Assembly (NCBI GenBank): GCA_965201075.1
Contig: CBDAVP010000016.1
Location: 434,001 to 498,000 of the forward strand
Length of the DNA: 64,000 bases
Reading direction: 5' to 3'
Source of the DNA: Isosphaeraceae bacterium
GTDB taxonomy: Bacteria; Planctomycetota; Planctomycetia; Isosphaerales; Isosphaeraceae
Part shown: positions 1 to 11,737 of the stretch, piece by piece
Layout of the letters: every line of letters begins with the position of its first letter
Numbering within the stretch: the first letter of the stretch is position 1
Translations under genes and position numbers: made by a program
Notes under the pieces: model-generated
Seen by the model: only the letters and a program-made list of their open reading frames with translations
Databases searched by the model: none
What the model was told of the DNA's origin: nothing

Positions 1-1
1 G

Positions 2-520
2 CTCTCGGTGGGCGACTTCGTCACCAAGGCCGTGGCCGTCGCCCTGCGACGCCACCCCGAGATGAACGCCACGTTCGAGGACAACACGATCCTTCGCCAC
101 CCCAACGTCAACGTGGGAATCGCCGTGGCGATCGACGGTGGCCTGATCGTGCCGGTCCTGCGAGACGCTGACCGCCTCGGTCTGAAGGAAGTCCGCACCG
201 GCAGCGAAGCCCTTTACGATGCGGCTCGCCAGATGAAGCTGACCACCGAGCAGATGACCGGCGGCACCTTCACCATCAGCAATCTGGGGATGTACGGCGT
301 CAAGCAGTTCGACGCCATCCTGAACCTGCCTCAGGTCGGCATCCTCGCCGTCGGCGCCGCCGAGAAGCGGCCGGTCGTCGTCGAGGATGCCCTGACTGTC
401 GGCACGGTCATGACCGTCACCCTGACGGCCGACCATCGGGCCATCGACGGCGCCGCCGCCGCCGAGTTCCTTCGCACCTTCAAGGGCCTGCTCGAGGAAC
501 CGACCTCGATGCTGCTCTGA
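2..520 (+). CDS. Dihydrolipoamide acyltransferase (E2) C-terminal catalytic domain, 5'-truncated by the window edge
   Basis: GGTFTISNLGMYGV and the catalytic DHRAIDGA motif; lpdA follows directly; the frame is open from base 2. Confidence 0.92.
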   Translation, partial: LSVGDFVTKAVAVALRRHPEMNATFEDNTILRHPNVNVGIAVAIDGGLIVPVLRDADRLGLKEVRTGSEALYDAARQMKLTTEQMTGGTFTISNLGMYGVKQFDAILNLPQVGILAVGAAEKRPVVVEDALTVGTVMTVTLTADHRAIDGAAAAEFLRTFKGLLEEPTSMLL

Positions 521-558
521 TCCCCTCGACTTCGGACTCGCATCACTCGAAAGGCATC

Positions 559-1944
559 ATGGCTTACGACTTCGATATCCTCGTCATCGGCGGCGGCCCG
601 GCCGGGTACGCCGGGGCGATCCGGGCCGCGCAGCTGGGCAAGCGGGTGCTTTGCGTCGAACGCGACAAGCTTGGCGGGATTTGCCTGAACTGGGGATGCA
701 TCCCCACCAAGGCCCTGCTGACCAACGCCCACCTCGTCGAGCTGATTACCCGCCACGGCAAGCAGTTCGGCTACAAGGGAGACGCCTCCTGGGACTTCGG
801 GCAGATGATCGCCCGCAGTCGGGGGGTCGCCTCGAACCTCAACAAGGGGATCGAGGGGCTGTTTCGCAAGTACAAGGTCCAGCACAAGCTGGGCACGGCC
901 AAGGTCGTCAAGCCGCATACCGTCCAGGTCGGCGATGAGACGTTCACCGCCGAGTCGATTGTCATCGCCACCGGCGTCCGCCCCCGCCCTTTGCCGGGCG
1001 CTGAGTTCGACGGCAAGACCATCCTCTCTTACAAGGAGGCGATGAGTCTGCCGAAGCAGCCAAAGTCGATGCTCATCATCGGCGCCGGGCCGATCGGCCT
1101 GGAGTTCGGCTACTTCTACAACGCCATTGGCACCAAGGTGACGGTGGTCGAACTGCTCGACCGCATCCTCCCCGGAGAAGACGAGGAAGTCTCGGCCGCC
1201 CTGGCCCAGAGTCTTTCCAAACGGGGCATCCAGATCCTGACCAGCTCCAAGACTGGCAAGGTCGAGAAGACCGCCGACGGGGTGCGCGTCCAGGTCGAAA
1301 CGCCCAAGGGCACGCAGACAATCGAGGCCGAGGTGATGCTCGTCTCGATCGGGGTGCTAGGCAACGTCGAGAACCTGTTCGCCGACAATCTGGGGGTCGA
1401 GCTGTTCAAGGGGCACGTCAAGGCCGACCCGAAGCGGGGCTACCGCACCAACGTCGAGGGCTTGTATGCCGTGGGCGACGTGATCGGCCCCCCTTGGCTG
1501 GCGCACGTCGCCCATCATGAGGCCCTGGCCTGTGTCGAGGAGCTTTGCGGACACGGGACGCACCCGGTCGACTACTCGAACGTCCCCGGCTGCACCTACA
1601 CCGACCCGGGCGTCGCCAGTGTCGGCCTCACCGAAAAGGCGGCCAGGGAAACGGGCCGGAAGCTGCGGATTGGCAAGTTCCCCTTCATCGCCAGCGGCCG
1701 GGCCCAGGCCGCCGATGAGACCGAGGGGTTCGTGAAACTGATCTTCGACGCCGAGCATGGCGAACTGCTGGGGGCCCACCTCATCGGCTCGCAGGCCACG
1801 GAGCTGATTGCCGAACTGGTGATGGCCAAGAAGCTGGAAGCCACCGAGGAAGACATTTTGCGGGCGATGCACCCGCACCCAACCTACTCCGAGGCGATCA
1901 TGGAGGCCGCCGGCCAGGGGCTGGGGGCTTCGGTCCACATCTGA
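559..1944 (+). CDS. lpdA: Dihydrolipoyl dehydrogenase (E3)
   Basis: GGGPAGY FAD motif, GGICLNWGCIPTK redox disulfide, C-terminal HPHPTYSE. Confidence 0.97.
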   Translation: MAYDFDILVIGGGPAGYAGAIRAAQLGKRVLCVERDKLGGICLNWGCIPTKALLTNAHLVELITRHGKQFGYKGDASWDFGQMIARSRGVASNLNKGIEGLFRKYKVQHKLGTAKVVKPHTVQVGDETFTAESIVIATGVRPRPLPGAEFDGKTILSYKEAMSLPKQPKSMLIIGAGPIGLEFGYFYNAIGTKVTVVELLDRILPGEDEEVSAALAQSLSKRGIQILTSSKTGKVEKTADGVRVQVETPKGTQTIEAEVMLVSIGVLGNVENLFADNLGVELFKGHVKADPKRGYRTNVEGLYAVGDVIGPPWLAHVAHHEALACVEELCGHGTHPVDYSNVPGCTYTDPGVASVGLTEKAARETGRKLRIGKFPFIASGRAQAADETEGFVKLIFDAEHGELLGAHLIGSQATELIAELVMAKKLEATEEDILRAMHPHPTYSEAIMEAAGQGLGASVHI

Positions 1945-2162
1945 GTCGGTTGCCAACACGGATCACCCTTGACCCAAGAAGAGTCGTGATTCTCGACCAA
2001 CTCCCGAGGAGGATTCGAAGCGTTTTCCTCTTATCGAGCCGGAGGTAGTAGGCCGCCCGCTCGTTTCGAACGATCGCTGACACTGAGTCGGAAACCTTGC
2101 GGGGACCGCCATTCGGGTGGTAGCGTGTCCTCCCGACCTCAACGATCTCGAATGGGATGGGG

Positions 2163-2349
2163 ATGAGGGTTCGCGAAGTCATCAAACTTATCGAAGCCGA
2201 CGGCGGGTATCTCGCTCGGCAGAGGTCGAGCCACCGCCAGTTCAAGCACCCGACCAAGTCGGGGTTAGTTACGGTGGCGGGGCATCCCCCCCGTGGAACT
2301 GGCGCACAAGACCCTCAGGAGCATCTTACGGCAGGCGGGGCTCGCGTGA
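2163..2349 (+). pseudogene. hicA: HicA-family toxin frameshifted at a C7 run (2286-2292); as sequenced it reads in frame into hicB
   Basis: N-terminal MRVREVIKLIEADG..SHRQFKHPTKSGLVTVAGHP. The HicA C-terminus VELAHKTLRSILRQAGLA* lies in the +1 frame and ends TGA 2347-2349, overlapping the hicB ATG. Confidence 0.85.
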
Positions 2350-2561
2350 TGAAATACCTGATCGTGCTGGAGCCCACCTCGACCGGATACTCCGCCTATT
2401 CGCCGGACCTGGACGGTTGCGTGGCCGCGGCCGAGGGGAAAGAGCAGACGATTGCCTTGATGCGTGAGGCGATCGCATTGCACCTCGAAGGCCTTGCGGA
2501 GACGGGCGAGCCCGCCCCCTTCGCTTCGAGCGAGTCGGCCTACGTCGAGATCGAAGCATGA
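2349..2561 (+). CDS. hicB: HicB-family antitoxin
   Basis: MKYLIVLEPTSTGYSAYSPDLDGCVAAAE...EAIALHLEGL; TGATG coupling to hicA. Confidence 0.88.
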   Translation: MKYLIVLEPTSTGYSAYSPDLDGCVAAAEGKEQTIALMREAIALHLEGLAETGEPAPFASSESAYVEIEA

Positions 2562-2669
2562 ATTTCCTCGCCTGGCCTAGAATTTCCCATTCGGGAGGCT
2601 GAGGGTCGAAGACCCGAGGGCCTCGGCGTCTGGGCCGTTGGGCGTTCCGATCCTTGCCGGAGGGTTTCC

Positions 2670-3665
<996 letters not shown>

Positions 3666-3844
3666 CGCGAGCGTGCGGCCGGGGCGGGGGAATCGAGGCG
3701 GGCGGGGATTGACAGGGCCGCCCCGGCGTCGCACATTGCATTCCTAGGCACCCTTTCGCGGCCATGGTTTCGAGCCTTCGTCGAGTTCGCGTCCGGCTCG
3801 ACTGCCCAGGGCAGGTCGTCCGGTCCCTCCGGGAGATTTCGCCG

Positions 3845-4711
3845 ATGTCGAGCGTGTCGAGGTCCCCGAGGCTTCTCGCGGGTCGGTCCGTCCTGGGCGT
3901 TCTGTCCCTGCTGGGTTTGGTCCTGGCGCTGTTGACCGTGCCCGCCACGCCCGTCCGCGCCCAGGCCGAGAAGAAGGCCGACGAGGCGAAGGCCAAGGCG
4001 GAACCGGCCGCCGCCGCGGTCCCGGGCGACCCCGCGCAGGCTCCTCCCAAGAAGTCGATGCTACGTTGGGCCGCCGACGCTTCCGGGCCCATCGGGGCCT
4101 GCCTTCTGCTGATCTCGATCTACTTCACCGCCATCGTCATTCGCCTGTTCATGGAATTTCGCATGAGCGAGGCGGTCCCCGCCGCCCTGGTCGAAAAGGT
4201 CGACGCGCTCGTCAAGGACCGGAAGATTCAGGAGGCGTATGACGCGTGTCGGGAAGACGGCTCGTTCGTGGCCAAACTCGTGCAAACGGGGATCGCCAAC
4301 CTCATGAATGGCCGGCCCGAGGCCAAGGAGGCGATGAATATCGTCTCCGGCGAGGTCGTCGTCACGATGGAGTCGCGCATCAGCTACCTGGCGACCATCG
4401 GCACGCTGGGCCCGATGATCGGGCTGGTCGGCACGATCTGGGGGATGATCCAGAGCTTCCAGGTCATCGCCACCGCCGCCGGCAGCCAGCCCCGCGCCGA
4501 CCAGGTGGCCGAGGGGATCTCGACGGCCCTGTTCATCACCCTCGAAGGAGTTTCGCTGTCGGTCCCGGCGATCTTCTTCTATGCCCTGTTCCGCAACCGG
4601 ATCGCCATGATCGCGATGGAAGCCAACCGCGTGGCCGACCGCATTATCAACAGCGTCTGGAACGTGGCCAACAAGCAGGGTCAAACGAAGTCCGCCGCGG
4701 GCGCTGTCTGA
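3845..4711 (+). CDS. MotA/TolQ/ExbB proton channel protein
   Basis: LATIGTLGPMIGLVGTIWGMI and GISTALFIT transmembrane motifs; N-terminal signal/TM. Confidence 0.92.
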   Translation: MSSVSRSPRLLAGRSVLGVLSLLGLVLALLTVPATPVRAQAEKKADEAKAKAEPAAAAVPGDPAQAPPKKSMLRWAADASGPIGACLLLISIYFTAIVIRLFMEFRMSEAVPAALVEKVDALVKDRKIQEAYDACREDGSFVAKLVQTGIANLMNGRPEAKEAMNIVSGEVVVTMESRISYLATIGTLGPMIGLVGTIWGMIQSFQVIATAAGSQPRADQVAEGISTALFITLEGVSLSVPAIFFYALFRNRIAMIAMEANRVADRIINSVWNVANKQGQTKSAAGAV

Positions 4712-4754
4712 GAGCTTTTCCGAGACGACTTCCGGTCCCAAGGGGAGACGTCAA

Positions 4755-5225
4755 GTGTCAGTGAGCATGGGCTCCGAGGTCAAGGCCGAGCCGAACCTGA
4801 CGCCCCTGCTGGACGTCGTGTTTCAGCTTATTACCTTCTTCATGCTGGTGATCAACTTCAGCGCCGAGAATTACGACCAACGGGTCCACCTGCCCGTGGC
4901 CGGCTCGGCCAGTCCGGTCGACCCCGGAGATGGCTCCAAGGACCGCCTCGTCCTGAACATTGATAAGGAGGGGCGGCTCCTGATCAACGGCCAGGTGCTT
5001 GCCGGTGAGGCGGCCCTCCAGGAAATTCAGCTCCAGGCGGAACTGATCCGCGCCAATGTCCGGCTCAACAAAGGGAAGACACTGGCCCGTGGCGAGGACC
5101 TTCCGACCACCCTTGTCGTCCGGTCGGACCGTGAAACTCCATTCACCGATGTTTACTCGCTGATCACGGCCTGCCAGACCAATGGATTTCGCAAGTTCTC
5201 CCTCAAGGCCATGACCGGCCAGTAA
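4755..5225 (+). CDS. ExbD/TolR biopolymer transport protein
   Basis: PNLTPLLDVVFQLITFFM motif; start may be ATG 4767. Confidence 0.92.
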   Translation: MSVSMGSEVKAEPNLTPLLDVVFQLITFFMLVINFSAENYDQRVHLPVAGSASPVDPGDGSKDRLVLNIDKEGRLLINGQVLAGEAALQEIQLQAELIRANVRLNKGKTLARGEDLPTTLVVRSDRETPFTDVYSLITACQTNGFRKFSLKAMTGQ

Positions 5226-5270
5226 ACTCGACCCGAGCGTCTCCCTTTCCGAGAGCCGAGGCCCCGCCCC

Positions 5271-5765
5271 ATGTCCGCCGCCAAAGCCCGGAAGCATGAG
5301 GAGATTGAGATCCAGATCACTCCGATGCTGGACATGGCGTTTCAGCTTCTGACGTTCTTCATCCTGACCTACCGCCCCGCGCCCGTCGAAGGCCAGTTCG
5401 CCCTGAACCTTCTGCCGGCCCAGGCGGTGGCCAAGCCCAGCGAGGTCGAGAACCCGGCCGACTCGGCCCCCAGCGACCTGCCACCGGCGCTCAAGAGCGT
5501 GACCACGACGTTAAAATCCGACGACTCGGGGAACCTCGCCAGCGTGGTCATGGGTGATAACCCCGTCGAGCCGACCAAGCTCAAGGACGAGGTCAAGCGT
5601 CTTTACAAGGACCCGACGCTCCCGTTCGACCAGGCGCTCATCCAGGTCGACCCCAAGCTGCGGTATTCCGAGCTGATCAAGGTCATCGACGTCTTTTCCG
5701 GCGAAGGGGTGACGAAACTCAGTTTCGCCGAGATCGGGTCTGGCCCGGCCGGCGGCGCCCCCTGA
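5271..5765 (+). CDS. ExbD/TolR biopolymer transport protein (second copy)
   Basis: IQITPMLDMAFQLLTFFIL motif. Confidence 0.92.
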   Translation: MSAAKARKHEEIEIQITPMLDMAFQLLTFFILTYRPAPVEGQFALNLLPAQAVAKPSEVENPADSAPSDLPPALKSVTTTLKSDDSGNLASVVMGDNPVEPTKLKDEVKRLYKDPTLPFDQALIQVDPKLRYSELIKVIDVFSGEGVTKLSFAEIGSGPAGGAP

Positions 5766-5808
5766 GATCGATCGATCCGAGGCCCGCGACCGGGTCGGAG
5801 GGCCGAGG

Positions 5809-6723
5809 GTGGACCGCTCACCATTCTTCCGGGGTTCGGAATTCTCACGGCTAGCCTTGCTAATGGCCCTGGCCGCCGCCGGCTGGGGCTGGTTTTTGCT
5901 GAGGGGCTCTCCGGCCGAAGCCCCCGCGCCGGTCAAGGCCGCCTCGATCCCCCCTCTGCCCCCCGCCGAATCGTCGCAATGGTTTGACCGGGTCGAGGAC
6001 CGGACGCCGCTGAACCATATCGACAACCTTGTCTACGCGCAACTTCTGGAGAAAGTCCGCTCGACGCCTCCGGCCACCCTCGCCAAACAGGCCCGTCGTG
6101 AAGTGACCTTCGGCCAGCTCTTCAAACACCCCGACCGCTATCGGGGCCTGCCCGTCCACCTCGACGGCACGGCTCGACGGGTTGTCATCAATGAGGGCGT
6201 CGGACCGGGATTCTCCACTTCCGGGCGACTCCATGAAGCCTGGACCTTCACCATGGATAGCCAGCGCTATCCTTACTGCCTTGTCTTTGAAACGCCTCCG
6301 GCCGACCTCAATCTTGGCCCAGATGTCTACGAACGCGTTGCCTTCGACGGCTATTTCCTCAAACTGATGTCCTACAACGCCGCCGACAGCAAGGCGGGCC
6401 TCAACGATTCGCATGTGGCCCCCCTCCTGATCGGCCGGTTGACCAAGTTCGCCGACCCGACCCCCACGATGCTCCTGCCACGCAACGGCCCCGCTCGACG
6501 CAATGCCTGGATCGTGATCGCCCTGGTCGGCGCGGCCTCGATCGCGTTGTTCCGGGTGATCCTGATGTTCCGCCGTAAACGAAAGCCAACCTGGCAGCCC
6601 TCCCCCACCTTCCGCCCCTCCGAGGAAGTCGACCCCGAAGCCCTGGCCGACTGGTTGAATCGGGAGGATGAGAACGAGCGCGAACCCTGGCAAACCGGGG
6701 AAACTGAGGGGCCCTTTCACTAG
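5809..6723 (+). CDS. Hypothetical membrane protein (N- and C-terminal TM helices flanking a soluble domain)
   Basis: 304-aa ORF co-oriented with exbBDD, two hydrophobic segments, coding-like codon pattern. Confidence 0.7.
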   Translation: MDRSPFFRGSEFSRLALLMALAAAGWGWFLLRGSPAEAPAPVKAASIPPLPPAESSQWFDRVEDRTPLNHIDNLVYAQLLEKVRSTPPATLAKQARREVTFGQLFKHPDRYRGLPVHLDGTARRVVINEGVGPGFSTSGRLHEAWTFTMDSQRYPYCLVFETPPADLNLGPDVYERVAFDGYFLKLMSYNAADSKAGLNDSHVAPLLIGRLTKFADPTPTMLLPRNGPARRNAWIVIALVGAASIALFRVILMFRRKRKPTWQPSPTFRPSEEVDPEALADWLNREDENEREPWQTGETEGPFH

Positions 6724-6739
6724 CCTGGGTTCGCCGTGG

Positions 6740-6768
6740 TTGTCGAGGCTTCCGAGAAACGGTAGGGT
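6740..6768 (+). promoter_or_regulatory. Possible sigma70 promoter for the glgA operon
   Basis: TTGTCG-N17-TAGGGT about 105 nt upstream of glgA. Confidence 0.35.
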
Positions 6769-6872
6769 TAGGGCGGGATGGGGCCCAGGCCGCTCGTCGG
6801 CGGGAATCCCTCCTCAGGAGTGGCGGCGCGGATCGGGCCGAGGCAGGCTCGAGGGTGGGAGGCCGGGGGCGT

Positions 6873-8342
6873 ATGAAGATCGTCGTGGTCGCGTCGGAGG
6901 CGGTCCCCTTCGCCAAGACCGGCGGGCTGGCCGATGTGGCCGGGGCCTTGCCAATGGCCCTGGAGCGTCTCGGCCATCACGCGACGCTGTTCCTGCCCAA
7001 CTACCGGCAGGCGCGCCGTTGCGGCCTTGTCCTGCGAGACACGGGCGCGACCGTCCGGGTCTCCCTCGGTGCCCGGCGGATCGAAGGGGGCGTGTTCACG
7101 ACAACCCTGCCGAACTCCGGCGTCACGGCCTTCCTGCTGGATCAGCCCGAGTTTTTCGACCGCGATGGCCTGTATCAGGATGACGGCCGCGACTACCCCG
7201 ACAACGCCGAGCGTTTCGCGTTCTTCGGCAAGGCGGTGGTCGAGGCGATCCGCGAACTCGACCTCCAGCCCGACATTGTCCACTGCAACGATTGGCAAAC
7301 GGGCCTGATCCCGCCGTTGCTGGAAGCCCCCTCACCCCTGGATCCCACCGGCACGCTCCTGACCGTCCATAACCTCGCCTATCAAGGGGCGTTCGAGCGG
7401 GCCACGCTGGAGTTGTCGGCTCTGACAACGGTTCCGACTTCCCGGTTCCTCGACCGGACAGGGCGGTTCAGCTTCCTCAGGGCGGGACTGAGCTGCGCGG
7501 ATCTTCTCAACACGGTCAGTCCGACCTACGCCCAGGAAATCCAGACGCCCGAGTTCGGCGGCGGACTGGACGGGCTGTTGCGGGAACGTCGAGAAGACCT
7601 CCGTGGGATCATCAACGGCATCGACTCCGTGGCCTGGAACCCCTCGACCGACCCCTTCCTGGCGATGCGGTACGACCACCGAGACTGGGCCGAGGGCAAG
7701 GCGGCGTGCAAGGCCGACCTCCAACGCCGAGCCGGCCTACCGGTCCGCTCCGACGTGACCTTGGTGGCGCAGGTCGGGCGGCTGGTCAAGGACAAAGGTT
7801 GGGATCTCGCCGCCGTCGCCGTCGAGCGGCTAACCCGGGACGACGTCCAGTGGGTCTTCCTGGGAGAAGGGGAGCCTCGCTATCGCCAGTTGCTGACCGC
7901 GCTTCAAGATCGTCATGAGGGGAAGGTCCGGGCGTTCCTGGAGTTCTCCGACGCCCTGGCCCATCAGGTCGAGGCCGGCTCCGACCTCATCCTGATGCCG
8001 AGCCTGCACGAACCTTGCGGCCTCAATCAACTGTACGGCCTGGCCTATGGCGCGGTGCCGGTCGTCCGGGCGACTGGTGGGTTGGTCGACACGGTCGTCG
8101 ACGCGACTCCCTGGTCTCTCGCCAACGAAACCGCCACCGGCTTCGCGTTCGAGGAACCCACGCCCGAGGCCCTGCTCGGGGCGATCGACCGGGCCTTGTC
8201 CCTGAGGACGGATCGGGCCGCCTGGAACCTTCTGGTGCGGACCGGCATGACGACGGACTGGTCCTGGGACCGCGGAGCCCGCGATTACCTGGAACTTTAC
8301 GAGGAGATTCGCCGTCGTCGGTCGTCGCGAGTCGCCGGCTGA
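6873..8342 (+). CDS. glgA: Glycogen synthase (GT5)
   Basis: KTGGLADV ADP-glucose motif, HCNDWQTG, TVHNLAYQG, EPCGLNQ. Confidence 0.95.
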   Translation: MKIVVVASEAVPFAKTGGLADVAGALPMALERLGHHATLFLPNYRQARRCGLVLRDTGATVRVSLGARRIEGGVFTTTLPNSGVTAFLLDQPEFFDRDGLYQDDGRDYPDNAERFAFFGKAVVEAIRELDLQPDIVHCNDWQTGLIPPLLEAPSPLDPTGTLLTVHNLAYQGAFERATLELSALTTVPTSRFLDRTGRFSFLRAGLSCADLLNTVSPTYAQEIQTPEFGGGLDGLLRERREDLRGIINGIDSVAWNPSTDPFLAMRYDHRDWAEGKAACKADLQRRAGLPVRSDVTLVAQVGRLVKDKGWDLAAVAVERLTRDDVQWVFLGEGEPRYRQLLTALQDRHEGKVRAFLEFSDALAHQVEAGSDLILMPSLHEPCGLNQLYGLAYGAVPVVRATGGLVDTVVDATPWSLANETATGFAFEEPTPEALLGAIDRALSLRTDRAAWNLLVRTGMTTDWSWDRGARDYLELYEEIRRRRSSRVAG

Positions 8343-8446
8343 AGCTCCTTCCCGCCACTCGCTCCCAACCACCGGCCGCAATCCTTCCAGCCCCATGTTC
8401 CCTCCTGGTCCCTGGCCGCGTCGAGAACCGGACGCGGAAACTCGCC

Positions 8447-10639
8447 ATGCCCAAGGTTTCCCTGGCCCTGATGTGGCACCAGCACCAGCCGTACTACCCC
8501 GACGATGTCGCCGGGGAAAACCCGATGCCCTGGGTCCGTCTGCACGGGACCAAGGACTACATCGGCATGGCGATGCACCTGGAGGAAGTGCCCGAGTTCC
8601 GCTGCACGATCAACCTGGTCCCCAGCCTCTTGGTCCAGATCGAAGCCTACGTCGCCGGCGCCACCGACAAGCACCTGATCGCCTCCAGACGCCCCGCCGA
8701 CGATCTGTCCCGCGAGGACGCCCTTTACCTGATGGACCACTTCTTCATGGCGTTCGCCGACGCCATGATCCATCCCCACCCCCGCTACTTCGAACTCTAC
8801 CAGCGGCGGGCGCCTGGGGTCAGCACGGCCGAGCAGGCATTGGGGCGATTTCGCGAGCAGGATCTGCGAGACCTCCAGGTCTGGTCGAACCTCGCCTGGA
8901 TCCATCCCTTGCTGTTCGAGAAGGACGCTGAGCTCGCCGACTTCAAGGCCAAGGGCCGGCGTTACACCGAGGCCGACAAGACCTGGCTGCTGGATCGTCA
9001 GAAGGAAATCCTCGGCCAGATCATCCCGCTGCACCGCAAGCTCGCCGAGACCGGCCAGGTTGAGTTGACGACCACCCCCTATTACCACCCGATTCTTCCC
9101 TTGCTGCTAGACAAGCGCCTGGCCCGCGAGGCGATGCCCGAGGTCCGCCTACCAGCCTACCGAGACGGCTATCCCGAGGACGCCGACTACCACGTCCGGA
9201 CCGCCGTCTCCAGCCACGCCGAGCGGTTCGGCGCTCCTCCCGAGGGGATGTGGCCCAGCGAAGGGTCGGTCACGCAGGCGATCGTTCCCTTGCTGGCCCG
9301 CCACGGAATCCGCTGGATCGCCACCGACGAGGAAATTCTGGGAGGCTCGACCCACGGCAAGGTCGGACGAGACAATCGGGGCCACGTCCGCCACCCGGAG
9401 TTGCTCTACCGACCCTGGAAGGTCGCCGAATCGGGGCACGAACTGGCGATCGTCTTCCGCGACCACGCCCTGTCCGACCAGGTCGGCTTTCACTACCAAC
9501 GCAGTCCGGGTCCCGCCGCCGCGGCCGACTTTCTCGGCAAGCTGCACGCGATTGGCGACGCCTGTCGGCAGAACCCCTCGACGCTGGTGCCGGTGATCCT
9601 CGACGGCGAGAACTGCTGGGAATATTTCCCCGACGGCGGCGTGTCCTTCCTGCGCAGCCTATACCGGGAAGCGGCCCGAGACCCGCGCGTGGCTCCCGTG
9701 ACCGTTGGCCAGTACCTCCGCGAGCACCCGCCGGCCGACACCCTGCCGCGCCTTTTCTCGGGGAGCTGGATCAGCCACAACTTCGCCATCTGGATCGGCC
9801 ACCCCGAGGACAACCGCGCCTGGGATGCCCTGCACGACACTCGCCAGTTCCTTGTCCGCGAGGCCGCCAACGCTCGCCATACCGCGGAGGTTCTGGAACG
9901 GGCCTGGCGGGAGATTTACATTGCCGAGGGCTCCGACTGGTTCTGGTGGTACGGCGACGACCACTCCAGCGCTCTCGACGCCCTCTTCGATCACCTCTTT
10001 CGCAAGCACCTGCGCAACGTCTATGCCCTGCTTGGCGCCGACCCTCCCGGCAATCTGTTCACCGCCATCTCGCAATCGGCCGCCGGGGGAAAAACGCTCC
10101 ACAATGCCCCAACAAGCTTCCTGGACGTCAAGGTCGACGGCCGGACGTCGTACTTCGAGTGGATCAACGCGGGTTCCTTCACCTGCGGCAACGAACGCGG
10201 CACGATGGCTCTGGTGACGCAAGGGCCGCTGAAGACGATTCGCTTCGGCTTCAACGTCGAGCGGCTGTTCCTCCGGGTCGACGCCCACGGGCCGGCGTCC
10301 GAGGCCCTGGCGGTGGCCGACCGCCTTCGCGTCGGGTTCGTCGACCCGGCCGACGTCGAGATTACCGTCGAGGGTCCATCCCAACGACGCCCCTCGGTTG
10401 AGGTTCGTCGCTCGGGATCGCCCGACGAGGGGGATTCGACCGGCGTCGAGGCCGCCGCCGAGAAAATTCTTGAGGTGGCTGTCCCGTTCGCCAGGCTCGG
10501 AGTCAAGCCCGGCGATCCGGTCCGCTTCTATGTCGAACTTCTCCACGAGGATTCGAGCCTCGATCGCGCCCCCCGAGAGGGGATCTTCGAGCTGACCGTC
10601 CCCTCTCCGGAATTTGAACGAGTCATGTGGCGGGTCTGA
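8447..10639 (+). CDS. Glycoside hydrolase family 57 (amylopullulanase-like)
   Basis: [43 protein letters not shown]. Start at ATG 8447 (the ORF-track extension overlaps glgA). Confidence 0.93.
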   Translation: MPKVSLALMWHQHQPYYPDDVAGENPMPWVRLHGTKDYIGMAMHLEEVPEFRCTINLVPSLLVQIEAYVAGATDKHLIASRRPADDLSREDALYLMDHFFMAFADAMIHPHPRYFELYQRRAPGVSTAEQALGRFREQDLRDLQVWSNLAWIHPLLFEKDAELADFKAKGRRYTEADKTWLLDRQKEILGQIIPLHRKLAETGQVELTTTPYYHPILPLLLDKRLAREAMPEVRLPAYRDGYPEDADYHVRTAVSSHAERFGAPPEGMWPSEGSVTQAIVPLLARHGIRWIATDEEILGGSTHGKVGRDNRGHVRHPELLYRPWKVAESGHELAIVFRDHALSDQVGFHYQRSPGPAAAADFLGKLHAIGDACRQNPSTLVPVILDGENCWEYFPDGGVSFLRSLYREAARDPRVAPVTVGQYLREHPPADTLPRLFSGSWISHNFAIWIGHPEDNRAWDALHDTRQFLVREAANARHTAEVLERAWREIYIAEGSDWFWWYGDDHSSALDALFDHLFRKHLRNVYALLGADPPGNLFTAISQSAAGGKTLHNAPTSFLDVKVDGRTSYFEWINAGSFTCGNERGTMALVTQGPLKTIRFGFNVERLFLRVDAHGPASEALAVADRLRVGFVDPADVEITVEGPSQRRPSVEVRRSGSPDEGDSTGVEAAAEKILEVAVPFARLGVKPGDPVRFYVELLHEDSSLDRAPREGIFELTVPSPEFERVMWRV

Positions 10640-10674
10640 GGCGGAATCGAACGCCCGACCCGGGAGAACCTCCC

Positions 10675-11724
10675 ATGCCCGAGCTTCGCAAGGATCCGAT
10701 CGTCGGCCGCTGGGTCATCATTGCTCAGGAGCGAGCCCAGCGCCCTCAGGACTTCAAGGGCGAGGCCCAGAAGACCGGCGGCGGCGGCTTCTGTCCCTTC
10801 TGCGAGGGTCAGGAGGCGAAGACCCCCCACGAAGTCCTCGCCTATCGAGAGCGGAACACCCACGCCAATAGCCCCGGCTGGCGGATTCGCGTCGTCCCCA
10901 ACAAATTCCCCGCGCTCAAGGTCGAAGGGAACCTCAACAAGCGCGGTGATGGCATCTACGACAACATGGCCGGCGTGGGCGCCCACGAGGTCATCATCGA
11001 AAGTCCCCGCCACCACCTCAGCATGGCCAGCCTCCCCGAGGACAACATCCGCGAAGTCCTCTGGGCCTACCGAGACCGCCTGGTCGACCTCAAGAAGGAT
11101 ACCCGGCTGGTTCATGGCATGCTCTTCAAGAACGTCGGCGCATCCGCCGGCGCCAGCCTCGAACACACTCATAGCCAGCTCATCGTCACTCCCACGGTCC
11201 CCATCACCGTCTGGGAGGAGATGACCGGCTCCCTGGAGTTTTTCAACTATCGGGGTCGCTGCATTTACTGCGACATGGTCCAGCAGGAGCTTTCCACCGA
11301 GAAGCGGATCGTGCTGGACACCCCCCACTTCACGGCCTTCTGCCCCTACGCCAGCCGTTTCCCCTTCGAAATCTGGATCGCTCCCAAGGCCCACTCCAGC
11401 CACTACGAGAACATCCCCAAGCCCGCCGTCGACGACCTGGGTTCGGTCCTCAAGGTGGTCCTGAACAAGCTGGAAGCGGCCCTCGACCAGCCGGCCTACA
11501 ACTACATCATTCACACCGCGCCATTCGACCAGCAGGAATTGCCTCACTACCACTGGCACATCGAGATCATCCCGAGGCTGACCCGCCTGGCCGGTTTCGA
11601 GTGGGGCTCGGGATTCTACATCAACCCCGTCCCGCCCGAGGACGCCGCCGCGTTCCTCCGAGAAGTCGAGCCCGCCACCGATTCCCCCGGCGAGTCCATC
11701 CCTCGCGTCGCGGAATCCCACTAA
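10675..11724 (+). CDS. galT: GalT-family hexose-1-phosphate nucleotidyltransferase
   Basis: [20 protein letters not shown] zinc site, [19 protein letters not shown] (HxH), AGFEWGSG. Confidence 0.9.
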   Translation: MPELRKDPIVGRWVIIAQERAQRPQDFKGEAQKTGGGGFCPFCEGQEAKTPHEVLAYRERNTHANSPGWRIRVVPNKFPALKVEGNLNKRGDGIYDNMAGVGAHEVIIESPRHHLSMASLPEDNIREVLWAYRDRLVDLKKDTRLVHGMLFKNVGASAGASLEHTHSQLIVTPTVPITVWEEMTGSLEFFNYRGRCIYCDMVQQELSTEKRIVLDTPHFTAFCPYASRFPFEIWIAPKAHSSHYENIPKPAVDDLGSVLKVVLNKLEAALDQPAYNYIIHTAPFDQQELPHYHWHIEIIPRLTRLAGFEWGSGFYINPVPPEDAAAFLREVEPATDSPGESIPRVAESH

Positions 11725-11737
11725 AGTCGCGGCAGGA

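Noticed and set aside
8015..8446. N-terminal extension of GH57
   Set aside because: Overlaps glgA out of frame; the GH57 motif starts at ATG 8447
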